Source: Rhynchobatus australiae
Lineage: Eukaryota
Direction: 5' to 3'
Assembly (NCBI GenBank): GCA_034780895.1
Contig: JAUZTB010000107.1
Coordinates: forward strand, 24,216,428-24,280,427
Length of the DNA stretch: 64,000 nt
Of the stretch, positions 36,421-49,900 are shown piece by piece (within the stretch, counting starts at the first letter, position 1; every line of letters starts with the position of its first letter). The notes beneath the pieces were generated by a model. It saw only the letters and a list, made by a program, of their open reading frames with translations, did no database searches and was not told the DNA's origin. The position numbers were made by a program, and so were the translations under genes.

Positions 36421-38580
36421 AGTGGTGAGATTGAAGATGATATCAGCNNNNNNNNNNNNNNNNNNNNNNNNNNNNNNNNNNNNNNNNNNNNNNNNNNNNN
36501 NNNNNNNNNNNNNNNNNNNNNNNNNNNNNNNNNNNNNNNNNNNNNNNATCAGCTTGCATGGCCCACACCTAATAAAATCATTGTAATAGTGAGAAGATAG
36601 AGATCACTTTAAAACTTAGTTTTTCAGAATCACATTTACAAATTAAGAGATGCAAGTTTTCAAAATACTAAGACACTTGTCTCATATTATCTGCTGTGAA
36701 ATTAAACTAATATTAGGTTTTATTCTGAATGGCAGATGGTTGTTAGTTAACTGGTCTCCATATCTTTGCCTTTAATTTGAAACATTTTGTTTTGAAAGTA
36801 AAGGACAATGTATTCTATATTTTATACATTACAGCTTTGTGTAATATGTGTGCTTGCAGAGATAAAATGTAATTCTTTATCATTTTTAATTAGTGGAGAT
36901 CTGCTCTATATCGTATATAAAATCACAAAAAGAAAGCAGCTACTGCTTTGTATAAACAAATAAAACCTGCACAAATACTTCACAATTTAGTAATTAGCTA
37001 TGATCTACTTAAGAAATGAATTTTAAGATTGCAAAGTTGTCTTTTGTACAGTTAATGAAATCCAAGNNNNNNNNNNGTTTATAAGCCAGTGACAGTCTGA
37101 CACACTGTTGTAGACTGGAGAGAGTTAACAGAGTAGTAAATAGATTGATGTGTCTGAAATTATTGAACAGAATTTATAAAAATGTTATTAGCCAATCTAT
37201 TATGTAACATTTGATTTCAATTTTCTGAAGTCAAGGTTGAACACAATTTGAATTTGATTGTTCACAGAGAATTAAGCCACTCTTAAAGATACAAGATTAA
37301 CCCTTGTGCCAGATTCACTATATTGTGTTAAATATAATTTACATTATGAACTTAATTTTAGACTGAGTTATTAGCAGTACCATTTATTTAGAAATTGCTA
37401 AATCTTTTAGGAACATTGAAATGCTTTGTTTCTCTAGATATCACATTATTATTCTTAATACTTTTCAGAATATCTTTTACAGTTGTGAAACAAGTGAGGA
37501 GCAAGAAACTTTTAAGTAATTTGGTTGAGCTTCAACGTAATTGTGCCTCAGCCTTCTCACCCTGCTCTTTCATATGTAGTGTTTAACTGAAGCAGTGATA
37601 GATAACTCTGAATTTTTTTTCGTGAATATGGTGTGGTATTATGAGCTTTTAGTCTATTCTTTTTGCATTTTGTAAAATTGCTATCAATAAGGTAGGTTGA
37701 TTTTATTTGATATTGCTACAACACTTGCCTGTAACCAAATGCATGTTCCTTGTATTAAGGTCCAAATGGCTCATTTTGCCATGTACTATGGAACTACTTT
37801 GATTTTAAATGTAAAAGAATTATGTCTTCTTGTCCATTAACTGGCAATACAGTAACTGTAAAATTGTCACTTTCTACATTCACTCTTAACTGGTTTAACT
37901 ATGGAGTTTAATTTGATTATTAGTGCATTATGCAAAATTTACAGAATTAAACCAAAATAATACAAAATTGTTTGTTTTAAAATACAAACATAGACTCTGT
38001 NNNNNNNNNNNNNNNNNNNNNNNNNNNNNNNNNNNNNNNNNNNNNNNNNNNNNNNNNNNNNNNNNNNNNNNNNNNNNNNNNNNNNNNNNNNNNNNNNNNN
38101 ACAAACATAGACTCTGTATTCATTTAAGGGAAAAACTTGCAAAGTAAACACAAACCATTGCACTTTGTTTTAGAATATGGCACATATAACTGTAAAATTA
38201 GCCAGTGAGGTTTTTGTATAAACTTCAAACTGTTAAAAAAAGATTTATTTTAAAATTACAAAATTCTTTCTCAAAAAGCTTTTTTTTCTTGGTGAGTTTA
38301 AAATCAACAAATTGGGAAATAGTGTCCACTAAGATTAAATGATCAAAAGATTTCTATTAAAACCAGTGGAAAAAAATTGTAAGCAATTAAACTGGATCAA
38401 TGCCTTCTTTTAGACTTTCTTACTATATATTAGTAAATGGTTAGAAAAATCTAGTGCAAGTTTAATTATCTCCAATAACTTGTGTTTATGTGATAAAATT
38501 TTCTAAAGGTCCACATTTTGTACAATGAAGTGTACATAGAGCAAAAGTTAATAAAAAAAAGTTGATTTGTGTGCGTGTTT
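36421..38580 (+). other. APPL1: Probable long APPL1 3' UTR
   Basis: About 2.1 kb of AT-rich sequence after the stop with no TE that I recognise; AATAAA at 36571, 36959 and 38550. The end point is inferred. Confidence 0.55.
38550..38555 (+). promoter_or_regulatory. Candidate distal APPL1 polyadenylation signal
   Basis: AATAAA followed by a GU/U-rich tract (gttgatttgtgtgcgtgttttttt). Confidence 0.5.
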
Positions 38581-39097
38581 TTTTAACAAATTAGGTACCA
38601 TATTACTGCTGGAAATTTAGAAATTGGCTTTGCAGCTATAGTAAGACACTTCCTCCAGCTATGTAATTTCATTCAGTGAGGGGCTGAACTATACAGTCTT
38701 CAGAGATTTCAAAGTTATGAAGTAGTTAGTTCAAAATTAGCTATTTTTGAATCACAGAAGCATTTCAATTGGCTTCATACTTAAGTTATGGAGGGGAAAT
38801 TGATATTCCTGCTTCTGATTACCACTTGACAACTGCAGCTTATTGTCAAAGTTTTAATTATGAACCAGTTTGTGAAACAAATAAGGCCTGCAATAAATTA
38901 CAAAAAGCATTAATAAGCTTGCAGAATGGGCACATATTTTTTCAAATGAGGTTCAACCCAGTTAAATACATGTTAATACAAAGGGAGAATAAGGAGGTCA
39001 CTTATTGGAAAGTGCACGTGTAAGTGAGGTAGAGGAACAAGAGGATTTTGGAGTGTGTGTGATATATCACACCATTCATTAAAAGTTGTGCCATTGG

Positions 39098-39435
39098 TTA
39101 GCAAGATTGTAGTACAACTAGTAGAGCTGCTGGCTAAGAGCTCGGGCAATCTTGGTTCAATTCTGACCTTCAGTGCTGTCTGTCTGGAGTTTGCACATTT
39201 TCCTTGTGACTGCATGGGTTTCCTCCAGGTGCTCCCATTTCCTCCCACATGCCAAAGGTGTTTGGACTGGCCACTGTAAATCGTCCTTACTATCTAGATG
39301 GGTAGGCTAAGCTCAGGGAAGTTGATGGGAATGTTAGAAGAATAAAATGGGACTAGTTTAGGATTAGTGTAAATGGGAGCTTGATAGTTGATGTGGCCAA
39401 AGGGCCTGTTTCCATGCTGTATGGCTCTGTGACTA
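39098..39435 (+). mobile_element. V-SINE (HE1-like) tRNA-derived SINE
   Basis: B-box ggttcaattc; V-core gagtttgcacattttccttgtgactgcatgggtttcctccaggtgctcccatttcctcccaca; CR1-like tail gggcctgtttccatgctgtat. Confidence 0.8.
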
Positions 39436-39447
39436 TACATGTATATG

Positions 39448-39472
39448 TGATATATATATATATATATATATA
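39448..39472. repeat. (TA)n microsatellite
   Basis: About 12 TA units. Confidence 0.9.
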
Positions 39473-39769
39473 GGTAAACCAGGCACTAGTGTTTATTGCC
39501 AGAACGAGAGAATTGGATAACAGAGAAGTTATGTAAAACCTCTATTAAACCTTATTTAGATCATCACTTTATGAAATGGATATGGGACAAAGATCATTAC
39601 AGAGAGTTTATACATATTAGGAAAGGATCTCATTATCAAATAAAAAGCTGAGGAGTGACCCAATAGAATTCTTTTAAAATGAAGTTTTGACGTAGTTCTA
39701 TTTGTAGAGAAGAAACTAAGGCCGTCAATATAAAAATACTCATCAAGAAACTGAACTGGAGTGGCCATA

Positions 39770-40420
39770 TACACAATGTGCTACAAGAGCACGTCAGATG
39801 CTAAGAATACTGCAGCAAGTACCTCATCAATAACTCGCAAATAACTTCCCAAAACCATCTACAAAGCTCAAGTCAGGAGGGTGATGGAATACGCTCCACT
39901 TGCCGGGGCGAGTGCAGCTTCAATAACAGCCAAGAAGCACGACACCGTACATGACACAGCAGCCTGCTTGATAGACATCCCATCCACAACCATTTGCTCA
40001 CTCCACCACCAAAGCACAGTAGCAGCAGTTTGTACTATCTACAGAATGCAATGCAGCAACTCACCAAGGCTCCTTAGATAGCACCTTCCAAACCCTCGAC
40101 CTTTACCAGCTAGAAGGACAAGGACAGCAAAAGCTTGGGAACACCTCCACCTGGCGGCATCTGCAGTCTCTTGTGTCACCATCTCCTGGACGTTACCCTC
40201 CAAGCCACAGACCATTCTGGCTTGGAAATACCTTGCCATTCCTTCACCGTCACTGGGTCAAAATTCTGGAACTCCCTTCTAACAGCATTGTAGGTTATAC
40301 CCACACCTCAAAGCCAGCAGTGGTTCAAGAATGCAGCTCACCACCACCTTCTCAAGGGCAATTTGGGATAGGCAATTAAATGCTGGCTCAGGCTACAAAA
40401 CCCACATCCTTTGTAAGAAT
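39770..40420 (+). mobile_element. Non-LTR retrotransposon 3' fragment
   Basis: TIYKAQVRRVMEYAPLA...KKHDTVHDTAACLI...SLHHQSTVAAVCTIYRM, a post-RT region. Confidence 0.75.
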
Positions 40421-42318
40421 TATAAAAGAAATCCAGTAAGGTATTCAGAAGAACAAGGTGAAATTCACTGCCGGAGGCTATAATTGAGTCAAATAGTGTT
40501 GATGCCTTTAAGGAGAGTCTAACCAAGCATTTGAGGGAGCAGGGAATGGAGAGTTATACTCATACATTTAGATGAGGAAATAAGGGAAGATGCTCATGTG
40601 AAGCAGAGAAATCAGTGTAGACTGTTTGGGCTGGATGGCCTTCAATGTAATTTATCATGTAATATAAATCCGTAGCTAAATAATAGATTGGAATATACAC
40701 ATATGATTTAGATAGTGGTTGAAGTATAAGCTTACTAAAACATCTTAAAATCCATACTATCTTGAAATATTGTAAGGGAATTAACCTTGCAATCGGTTTT
40801 CCAGAGCCCCTGAGTCTGCCAAGCTAATTATGGTTTAATATGTAGATAAATAATCACCTCAACCTCGTACAATGTTGTGAAATTTGAAGGCATTTCAAAG
40901 TAAGAGTAATTTGTAAATATCTTAACTGCATGTCAATTCAACAGATTTCTCTTGATGTCATNNNNNNNNNNGTCATTGGAGCAGTCCGTAGAAAATGCAG
41001 TCTATGGAGACAGACTGAATATTAACCCATAGATTCACACGTGTTCATTCAGCAACGTCAACATAACTAAAATGAAGTGAAACAACTGAGTTTTTTTCAG
41101 CTTTCTGCAATCTTAAGCCATTATGCATATTACACTAATGTTGCTTTGAACAGCATCGGCCAAGCAAAGGGACAAAGACAATAATTATTAAGTACTAATA
41201 GTTTCTGTATGTCAAAAAAGACATAAAAAGCGGTTTAAAGGGTTGTAACAATGCAGTTAAATGAATGATTTTTTTAAAATGTGCTCTGAATATTGGAAGT
41301 CACTTTTCAAACTACTATTTCATTCCAAAGGGGTTGGGTAGATGTTGGCAAATTTGAGAAATAGGCATTTTTCCAAATTTGAGTAAGTGNNNNNNNNNNN
41401 NNNNNNNNNNNNNNNNNNNNNNNNNNNNNNNNNNNNNNNNNNNNNNNNNNNNNNNNNNNNNNNNNNNNNNNNNNNNNNNNNNNNNNNNNATTTGATGGTC
41501 TGGAATTTGCATAAGCCAGACAGAGTTGTTTCAATATCACCCACAGAAATTTGCTGGTCCTGTTGGGGAAGGTCTCACATAAATCAATTCTATTCTCAAC
41601 CTCTACTGCTCAAAGAAAACAAACCCAGCCTATCCAGTCTCCCCCAAGAGAAACACACTTTCCCTGGCAATATCCTGGTGAATATCGTCTGCGCCCACTG
41701 CAATGCAATTATGGACTTCTTATAGTGAAGTAACCAGCAATGCACACCATATTCTACTTGTCAAGCCATCCTGTGCCAGCATTTCGGAAAATCTAACCAC
41801 AGAGAGTGGTGGGTGCCTGGAATGCACTGCCAGGGGTAGTGGTGGTGGAGGCAGATACAATAGAGGCATTTAAGAGGCTCTTAGATAGCACATGAATAAT
41901 GCAGGATATGGAGGGATATAGACCATGTGCAAGCAGAAGGGATTAGGTGTCATTGGCTTAATTAGCTTGGCACAATATCTTGTCCAGAAGGCCTGCTCTT
42001 GTGCTATACTGTTCTGTTTTCAATGACCAAAGTGCCCCCCAACCCCTCAGTCACTTGTCCTGTCCTATTTTCTAAGAGTAGGTCAGGCTTTGCCCACTCT
42101 CTAGTAGAACATGCAACATCTGCTCACAATATACTTTTGTCAGGTTCTCTCTTGCGGTATCAAAATCAGCATTCCCCCAATTTAAGAACTTAATGTGAAG
42201 ACCAACCTTATCCTTTTCCATAACTACCTTGAATTATGACTACCTGAATCTTCTGTTACTCCAGAACATTAAGCTGTCAGTCCTAACCTTCACTCAACCA
42301 CGTTTCTGTGATTACAAT

Positions 42319-43132
42319 TGTTATGGACTAGGTTACTATTAGTGAGTGTTCCTTTAAGATAGTGTGTGTGTGGCATGCTTACGTCAACAGAAAATAAAGG
42401 ACGTCGACATTGTTGGAACAGCCAGTCTGAGTCAGGAGAGAGAGAGAGAGAGAGAGAGAAAGAAAGAAAGAGAGAGACACACTAGCTTGTTTGTTTTCTC
42501 TATGGGATGGAGCACAAACAATAACTGTGACTGTCACTACAATCCACGCATGTATTTGTGTGGAGTAATCCTGTGGAGTCCACTTTGTCATTAGCCTGTA
42601 GAGGAAAACAGATATTTTGTGTGGACGGCCTTGTCACGGATGCTTTTGGGTGTGGCAGACACGTCGGAACAAAGCAGTGGAGTCCATTTTGTTGTTGGCC
42701 TGTAGAAGGGAACAGGTATTTGTGTGGACGGCCACGATTCGGATGTTTACGGGGTGAGGAAGTCACTACCGAGTAGACACTGAGGTGTCATTTGGGTTCC
42801 ATTGTGGAACAGTTGGGATTTCATCATTACTCTCTATTTTCTCTCTACATCTACATTTTGTCTTTAGTCAACAGTGGTTGTGGAAGAAGCCTTTACTCAT
42901 GTTTTACTTTATGGCTTGCTGAACTGAACTTTGAGAACCATTTCTGGTCGTGGAGTTTGGGAATTTGCCACATACACGACTAGTTTAGTTAGTTTTTGGG
43001 GTTAACGTTTAGGGTTTAACATTTTTACTTCTAACATTCTAACATTTTTACTTTTATTTTTCTTATTATCATTAGTTATTAATAAAGTAGTTTTTAACAC
43101 TTATACATATCCCAGTGTGTTTCTTTAGTTGC
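42319..43132 (+). mobile_element. Solo-LTR-like element, copy 2 (3' end clipped)
   Basis: Starts TGTTAT; (GA)n at ~42437-42476; shares blocks with copy 1 (ctgtcactacaatcca, ctgaactttgagaac, ggagtttgggaatttgccac, agttattaataaa). Confidence 0.65.
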
Positions 43133-43226
43133 ATTTTGAAGATGCAGTTCCTTAGAGCTTAATAAACTACCCATTTGATACTACAGAGAGGAAGAGTAAA
43201 AGGTGTTTCTGTATTATTTTCAATGG

Positions 43227-43238
43227 TTTATTAATAAA
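43227..43238. promoter_or_regulatory. Candidate ASB14 poly(A) signal within palindrome TTTATTAATAAA
   Basis: AATAAA on - at 43227-43232 and on + at 43233-43238, about 570 nt past the ASB14 stop; another minus-strand AATAAA at 43296-43301. Confidence 0.4.
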
Positions 43239-43805
43239 GTTGTTTAATCTTCCTTGTTTAAAACTTTCCAAACTGTCTTAATATTCAAATAACAATTTAT
43301 TTTGGTTAATGATATTGTTCATAATGCTACTGAAAATCTGCAAATAAATCAATGAATAAAAAAGCCTAAAACAAGTAATATATTGTTTAATATAAGTGCA
43401 ACTTAGTCAGTTATTTATATTTGCTATTAAACAAGTATTTACAAAACACTGTGCCTTAATATGTATTTCAAACTTTTATGAAATAATGCTCCTAATAATA
43501 CTACATGTGCATTAACAAGTTGGGCAAGTCAGACCATAAGTAAACTGAATGGTCACTTATCAGCCCCCCTTTATTTTAACATTTTCTGTTTCTCAGTCAG
43601 CAAACCAGCAAATATCACTCTGCAAGTCACGTGAAGCAACAGACCCATTTCATAAATACATCCTATTTCATTGCATGTTTTAATGCAAAATACTAATATC
43701 ACCACATTTTTTTGAATCTTTAGAGCACTTTATAAATCTATTGATTTTAAAACTACAATGGTAATAGTTATCTTTAAAATGTAAAAAGGCATTATCAGAA
43801 ATCAA

Positions 43806-43972
43806 TTACATTTTTGGCCCATTATAAAGGTCATATTCTTTAAAGAGAATGTATTCCTTCAGGCGACTGGGCAATGGCAGGAATGTCATAAATACCGGAC
43901 ACCGCAGTCTCATTCTGCCCATGCATTTTCGGATCATCAGCCTGCATAGATGCTTCAGAGAACGTGGGTTTT
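43806..43972 (-). CDS. ASB14: ASB14 last coding exon, SOCS box: (K)[18 protein letters not shown]...[24 protein letters not shown]
   Basis: Minus strand atttcag|AA AAC...TAA; BC-box and LPLP Cul5-box visible. Confidence 0.95.
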
Positions 43973-46900
43973 CTGAAATTAAGTAAGTCATTGTAAATGA
44001 AAACATACTTCAAGAATGATTGGAAAGATTTACATTTCTTAAATTAATTTGCATCATTTTCCTAAAATACTGACATAAATAAGATCATAAAAAGCAGTGT
44101 TTCAGAATATTTTGAAATATATGTAGGATATACAGAAGTAGTTCATTCTGGGGCTTATGCTCCACTCCACTGAGGATTATCTAAATGTACCAATGACTCC
44201 ACTGAGGCTTATCTAACTATCAGCGTAAGCCTCTAGACACTTCTTCCTCACATACTACTCCAATAACATAAAAATAGAAAATGCTGGAGATACTCAGCAG
44301 ATGAGACAACATCTATGGAGAGACAACAAACATAAAGGACAGTTAACATTTCAAGTTGATGGCATTTCGTCAGTTGAAAGTCACAATCACCTGTACCATT
44401 TTTCTGCTAAATAATGATTTAATAGTTCTGCTGTCACCCTACCATTACCTATGGTATTGTCCTGTCCATCCCTAATCCCATCATGACCTTCCTTTTTTTG
44501 GCGAATCCGTGAAATTTTAGAATTTTTGTTCCTCGTTAAGTTAGAGGTTCCTGTTTGTCTTCATAAATTTTTTTAACTTCATGTCTAATCTCTTCATATT
44601 CCCTTTCATCATGCGCTTTTCTGTTGTTGATATGAATGTACATCTCTTTCCTTGCCCCCGACTGTCCCCTTGTCTTTATTCATCCATAGAGTCTCATGAG
44701 CGTTTAGTGTGCCTTTTCCTATCAGCTGATTAGATCTTTCTTGTGCTCAGTTGACTACCTTTAGTATGGTTCCTATTGTTGTTTACCAAAATTGTCACTC
44801 ATTTTGTTGAATACTTTTTGTTTCTTTTTTTAGTCAAAGTGAATGACCTCTGCACTGCATTTTCCAGCTGCATTTCCTCACCCAATCACTTAACCTATCC
44901 ACATCTCCCTGAAGCCACTCTGTGTCCCTTTCAGCTCACCCTGCTTTGCATCATTGACAAACCTGGATACATTACATTTTATCTCCTCNNNNNNNNNNNN
45001 NNNNNNNNNNNNNNNNNNNNNNNNNNNNNNNNNNNNNNNNNNNNNNNNNNNNNNNNNNNNNNNNNNNNNNNNNNNNNNNNNNNNNNNNGGGCATTAAATG
45101 CCATTATAATATATCCAATTAAGGAGAATAGAGTATTTGCCTTTTCAATGATGCAGAGGCAGCAGAATTAATCTGTATAGCTGGCTGTGCACAGGTTTTA
45201 CATTTAGTAATGTATTAGCTGCTTCAAAGACATCAGCACACAGGCAGAGAACTACAATGCAAACTTCCGCTTGCTGAGTATTTAATTTTGGACAGATTTA
45301 TGAAGTGCTAAGGAACTGCACAAGACCTGTTAAAACTGGCTTGAACGCCATTGTGAATTTCTGCTTTGCTCCTTATCAGATGGCATAAACTCACACTACT
45401 TCACTATGATTGAGTTGGGACCAGAATTTATACTGTGATTATAAGACTGCCAAAAAGAGAAAACTATTTTGCCAAGTCAGTAAATGTGCAGTAAAAATTC
45501 AACTATGGGTGTCCTAGGAACACCATTATGTAGAGCTAGTTATTCCCAAAAACATTGAGTCTGTATATTCAAAAACTTACTCATGATGTATGTGATTTCC
45601 GACCATTCACTTTGCTGTTCAAGTACAGTTTTCAGTTTAGAGCAGAAATTGACATGACCCACATAATCCAGCATCACACGAACCACTTTCCCCGATAGAT
45701 GCTTTAACCAGTTTAAAGTAATGACTTCACAAAACTGAAACAGAAATTCAAAGACTAAATAATATTAAAAAAGTTGGTTATATGTTCTAAAAATGTTTCT
45801 TTCATTTTCTCCTTTCAAACTACAACATAGAATATGGATGAGTTCAATAATGTTTTAGCATGTTAAAATCTTGTTTAAGGGAAGTACAGTTGTGAGATAT
45901 TCAAACTCACTCAACCGTCTACTTTTATCCACTTTTGCAGCCCTGCTACTTGTGTTCTAAGAAGCTTTATCATTGCTTGTAACAGTCAATTTTTGGTTAA
46001 ATTTTGTTGTTTAACATGAACTATATGATTAAATCTGAAAACTTTTCATNNNNNNNNNNNNNNNNNNNNNNNNNNNNNNNNNNNNNNNNNNNNNNNNNNN
46101 NNNNNNNNNNNNNNNNNNNNNNNNNNNNNNNNNNNNNNNNNNNNNNNNNNNNNNNNNNNNNNNNNNNNNNNNNNNNNNNNNNNNNNNNNNNNNNNNNNNN
46201 NNNNNNNNNNNNNNNNNNNNNNNNNNNNNNNNNNNNNNNNNNNNNNNNNNNNNNNNNNNNNNNNNNNNNNNNNNNNNNNNNNNNNNNNNNNNNNNNNNNN
46301 NNNNNNNNNNNNNNNNNNNNNNNNNNNNNNNNNNNNNNNNNNNNNNNNNNNNNNNNNNNNNNNNNNNNNNNNNNNNNNNNNNNNNNNNNNNNNNNNNNNN
46401 NNNNNNNNNNNNNNNNNNNNNNNNNNNNNNNNNNNNNNNNNNNNNNNNNNNNNNNNNNNNNNNNNNNNNNNNNNNNNNNNNNNNNNNNNNNNNNNNNNNN
46501 NNNNNNNNNNNNNNNNNNNNNNNNNNNNNNNNNNNNNNNNNNNNNNNNNNNNNNNNNNNNNNNNNNNNNNNNNNNNNNNNNNNNNNNNNNNNNNNNNNNN
46601 NNNNNNNNNNNNNNNNNNNNNNNNNNNNNNNNNNNNNNNNNNNNNNNNNNNNNNNNNNNNNNNNNNNNNNNNNNNNNNNNNNNNNNNNNNNNNNNNNNNN
46701 NNNNNNNNNNNNNNNNNNNNNNNNNNNNNNNNNNNNNNNNNNNNNNNNNNNNNNNNNNNNNNNNNNNNNNNNNNNNNNNNNNNNNNNNNNNNNNNNNNNN
46801 NNNNNNNNNNNNNNNNNNNNNNNNNNNNNNNNNNNNNNNNNNNNNNGTGCTCCCACAAGTCAGGATTCTTGTGGACCCTACTTTTCATCATTTTACTATT

Positions 46901-49900
46901 GAGAGGCTCCCTGTTCAAACTCAGTCTTGCCAATCTGTTCAGCTGTAGAGAACTTTGGAGCCAAGCTCAAACCCACACTCATCCTGTGTGCATGTGTCCA
47001 ACACAGGTCAATTAACAGTAAGCAAAGTCAAATTCCACCTCTCTCTTATCAAAAGAATGGAATGCATCAACCATCTTGGATGTGATCAGAGGTGCAACAG
47101 ACCTAATGCATATGACTCATTGAGTCCTATACACATTCATCCCAAAAGTCCCCCAAGTATCTTGTTTAAAGATCAAACCTTCCAAAAGGTAAATTGCTTT
47201 CTAGATGCAAGGATAGAGAAGGAACAAGACACTGTATAAACAAATAAATGGCTTACACATGGTTTGTTAATTAACACAAGATACAAGTAAACCTAAAAAA
47301 TATCAAAATTAATTTTGATCATAAACTCAGACTTGAGAACCAGTTTTCAAAGCATAAAATGGCCTGGACTTTGCAATCAGTGGTGAATGTCAGGAACCAG
47401 CCCTCTATTACCCTTATCCAAAGATATTAACTTTTACACTGGAAATTGCAGAGATTAATAATTGATTCTGTCAATTAACCTGCACAGTTAACTTTAGTTT
47501 TCTCTTTCCACAGATCTGCTGAGTATTTCCAGCATTCTCTTCTATCCAAGGTTTCCAACAATTACATTGATCTATATGATTTCATCACAATCATAAGAGG
47601 CACAGCTGCATTTAGCTGTCAGACTGCAAGTGTAATTTGGAGCATGCATAATTGTGACATCTGGCATACAGTCATGGCTCTAAAGAGTCCATGGAGCCAC
47701 AGTAATTATCAAAGGCAACAGGTCAAACCCATTGTGTTTTCAAGTTTTGATAAACAAAAACCTGCAGATGCTGGAAATCTGTAATAAAAACTGAAAACAC
47801 TGGAAATGATCCAGCATCTGTGGAGTGAGAAATAGAATGAATGTTTCAAGTTAATGACCTTTCATCGGGACAATGACAAAAGTTAGAAATCAAGCATTTT
47901 TAAGTTGCAGAGAAGGGTGGGGGATAGAGAAAATGGGGAATGTCTGCGATGGAAAGGAGACTAAGAGAGACTGAATGATACAGTGGTGGTGATGGTGCTG
48001 GCTGAGAGAGGGTTTAAGGTGTATTAATTGCAGCTGATCTACCTGGAAGAGATCCAAATAGAAGATGAATGAGAACAGAGGAAAGAGGGTATAAAGATGC
48101 TGGAACTGTGAGATACAAAGCATAAAAGTTGCTGGAAATCTGAAATAAAAGAAAATGTTGGAAATATCCGGGTCAGACAACATAAATACAGAGAGAAGAA
48201 CTGAGTTAACGTTACAGATTGGTGACTTCGTTGAAACTAGAAAAGCTGATGATCTGAAATTGTTGAACTCAGTGTTGTGTTCTGAGGGCTGTTATGTGTT
48301 TAGTCAGAAGAAGAGATGATTAAATTGGGTTTTATTGGAAAGGTAAAGAAACCAAGTGCTACATTAGAGAAACCAAATGCAGATTGGACGATTGCTTTGC
48401 AGAAAACCTCCATTCAGTCTGCAAGGGTCTCCACTTGCCTGTCATTTTAATTCTTCAGCTCATTCCCACTTCAAGCTCTCTGTCTTGTCTTTGATATTTT
48501 TACAGTGAGATAAGCTCAAGGAATAGCACCTCATCTTCTGATTTGTCATGATAGTCTTTGGTTCTCAATAATGAATGCAGTAACTTCAGGTAACAAACTT
48601 TTCCTGTTGGCATCAGACCTGGCTGGTTATAAGGACAAGTCATCAGTCTGCACAGTTAACTTTGGTTTTCTCTCTCCACAGATCGCTGAGTATTTCCAGC
48701 ATTCTCTTTTATCCAAGGTTTCCAACAATTACATTGTTCTGCTTCTCACAGTTTCAGCATTGTTTTCTCCCCCTCTCTGCACTGTTTTCATTCACTCCGT
48801 CTTGTTCACACCTTCTCCAGAGAGATCAGTGGGATAAACAAGCATTTGCCACCCTCCCTCAACTGCCATCACCACCACCGATCAATCTGTCTCTGATCTA
48901 TCACAGCATTCCCTTTGTTGTTAATAAACATTCAAATTAGAAGCAGAAGTAGGCTGCTCAGCCCCACAAACCAGTTTTACTATCTAATATGATGATGACA
49001 GATTTAACTCTAACCATAACTCCACATTCTAGTCTACCCACAGTAACCTTTCACCTTGCTTTTCATGTGCCTATCTACCTCTGTCTAAAAAGTATTCAAT
49101 GATTCTGCTTCTGCTCCTTTTGAGAAAGTTCAATGACTCACAGCCCTCTGAGGGAAAATATTGAGCATCTTATTTACTTTTTAACAACAAAGGCCATTCA
49201 CGCCATTGAACACAGGCTCACTGTCCACAGAGTATTCCCATCAGACCCATTCCTCTTACTTCTCTTGCAACATTCTCATGTCCATCAGNNNNNNNNNNNN
49301 NNNNNNNNNNNNNNNNNNNNNNNNNNNNNNNNNNNNNNNNNNNNNNNNNNNNNNNNNNNNNNNNNNNNNNNNNNNNNNNNNNNNNNNNTCCTCTTACTTC
49401 TCTTGCAACACTCTCATGTCCATCAGCTCCCCTTCAATGCTTTTGCCACTTGCCTACACTAAAGGGTAATTTACAGTTAATCTACCAGTTCGACTTTAGT
49501 GGTCTGAGTATCCCACAGAAACCTACAAGTCACAGGAAGAACATGCAAACTGTACACAGACATCTCTCAGTTAGTACTGAACCCAGGTCACTGGAGCTGT
49601 GGGGCAACAGGAACAACAGCTGTGCCATCAGATCACCCGTTTTTGTGACACATTTTTAAGCAGTGATACAGAGTTCCAGATTCTCTCACAAGAGAAAACA
49701 TCCTCCACATCATCCTGCCAAAACGGTTTAGAATCATATATGCTTCAACAAGTTCCATCTCAGTCTTCTAAACCAGCTGAATCCGGCTGATCAATCTTTC
49801 TTCATAAGACAACCTGCTATTACAGGTGTTGGTTTAGTAAACCTTTTCTGAACTTATTTCAAGTATTAACATTTTTTGTTAAATAAGGAGATCCATCGTT

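Noticed and set aside
39098-39170. tRNA-like sequence with a B-box
   Set aside because: It is a degenerate SINE head continuing into the V-core, and I could not build a cloverleaf.
9057-43132. The two LTR-like copies as ends of one giant element capturing APPL1
   Set aside because: The copies are clearly diverged, no gag/pol or PBS is visible, and the APPL1 exon order and ASB14 synteny are normal. Independent insertions explain it better.
46004-46948. Long ORFs of 275-314 aa (also 52070-52493, 55140-56056, 62979-63442)
   Set aside because: Largely translated N gaps; the real residues in 55615-56056 are CR1.
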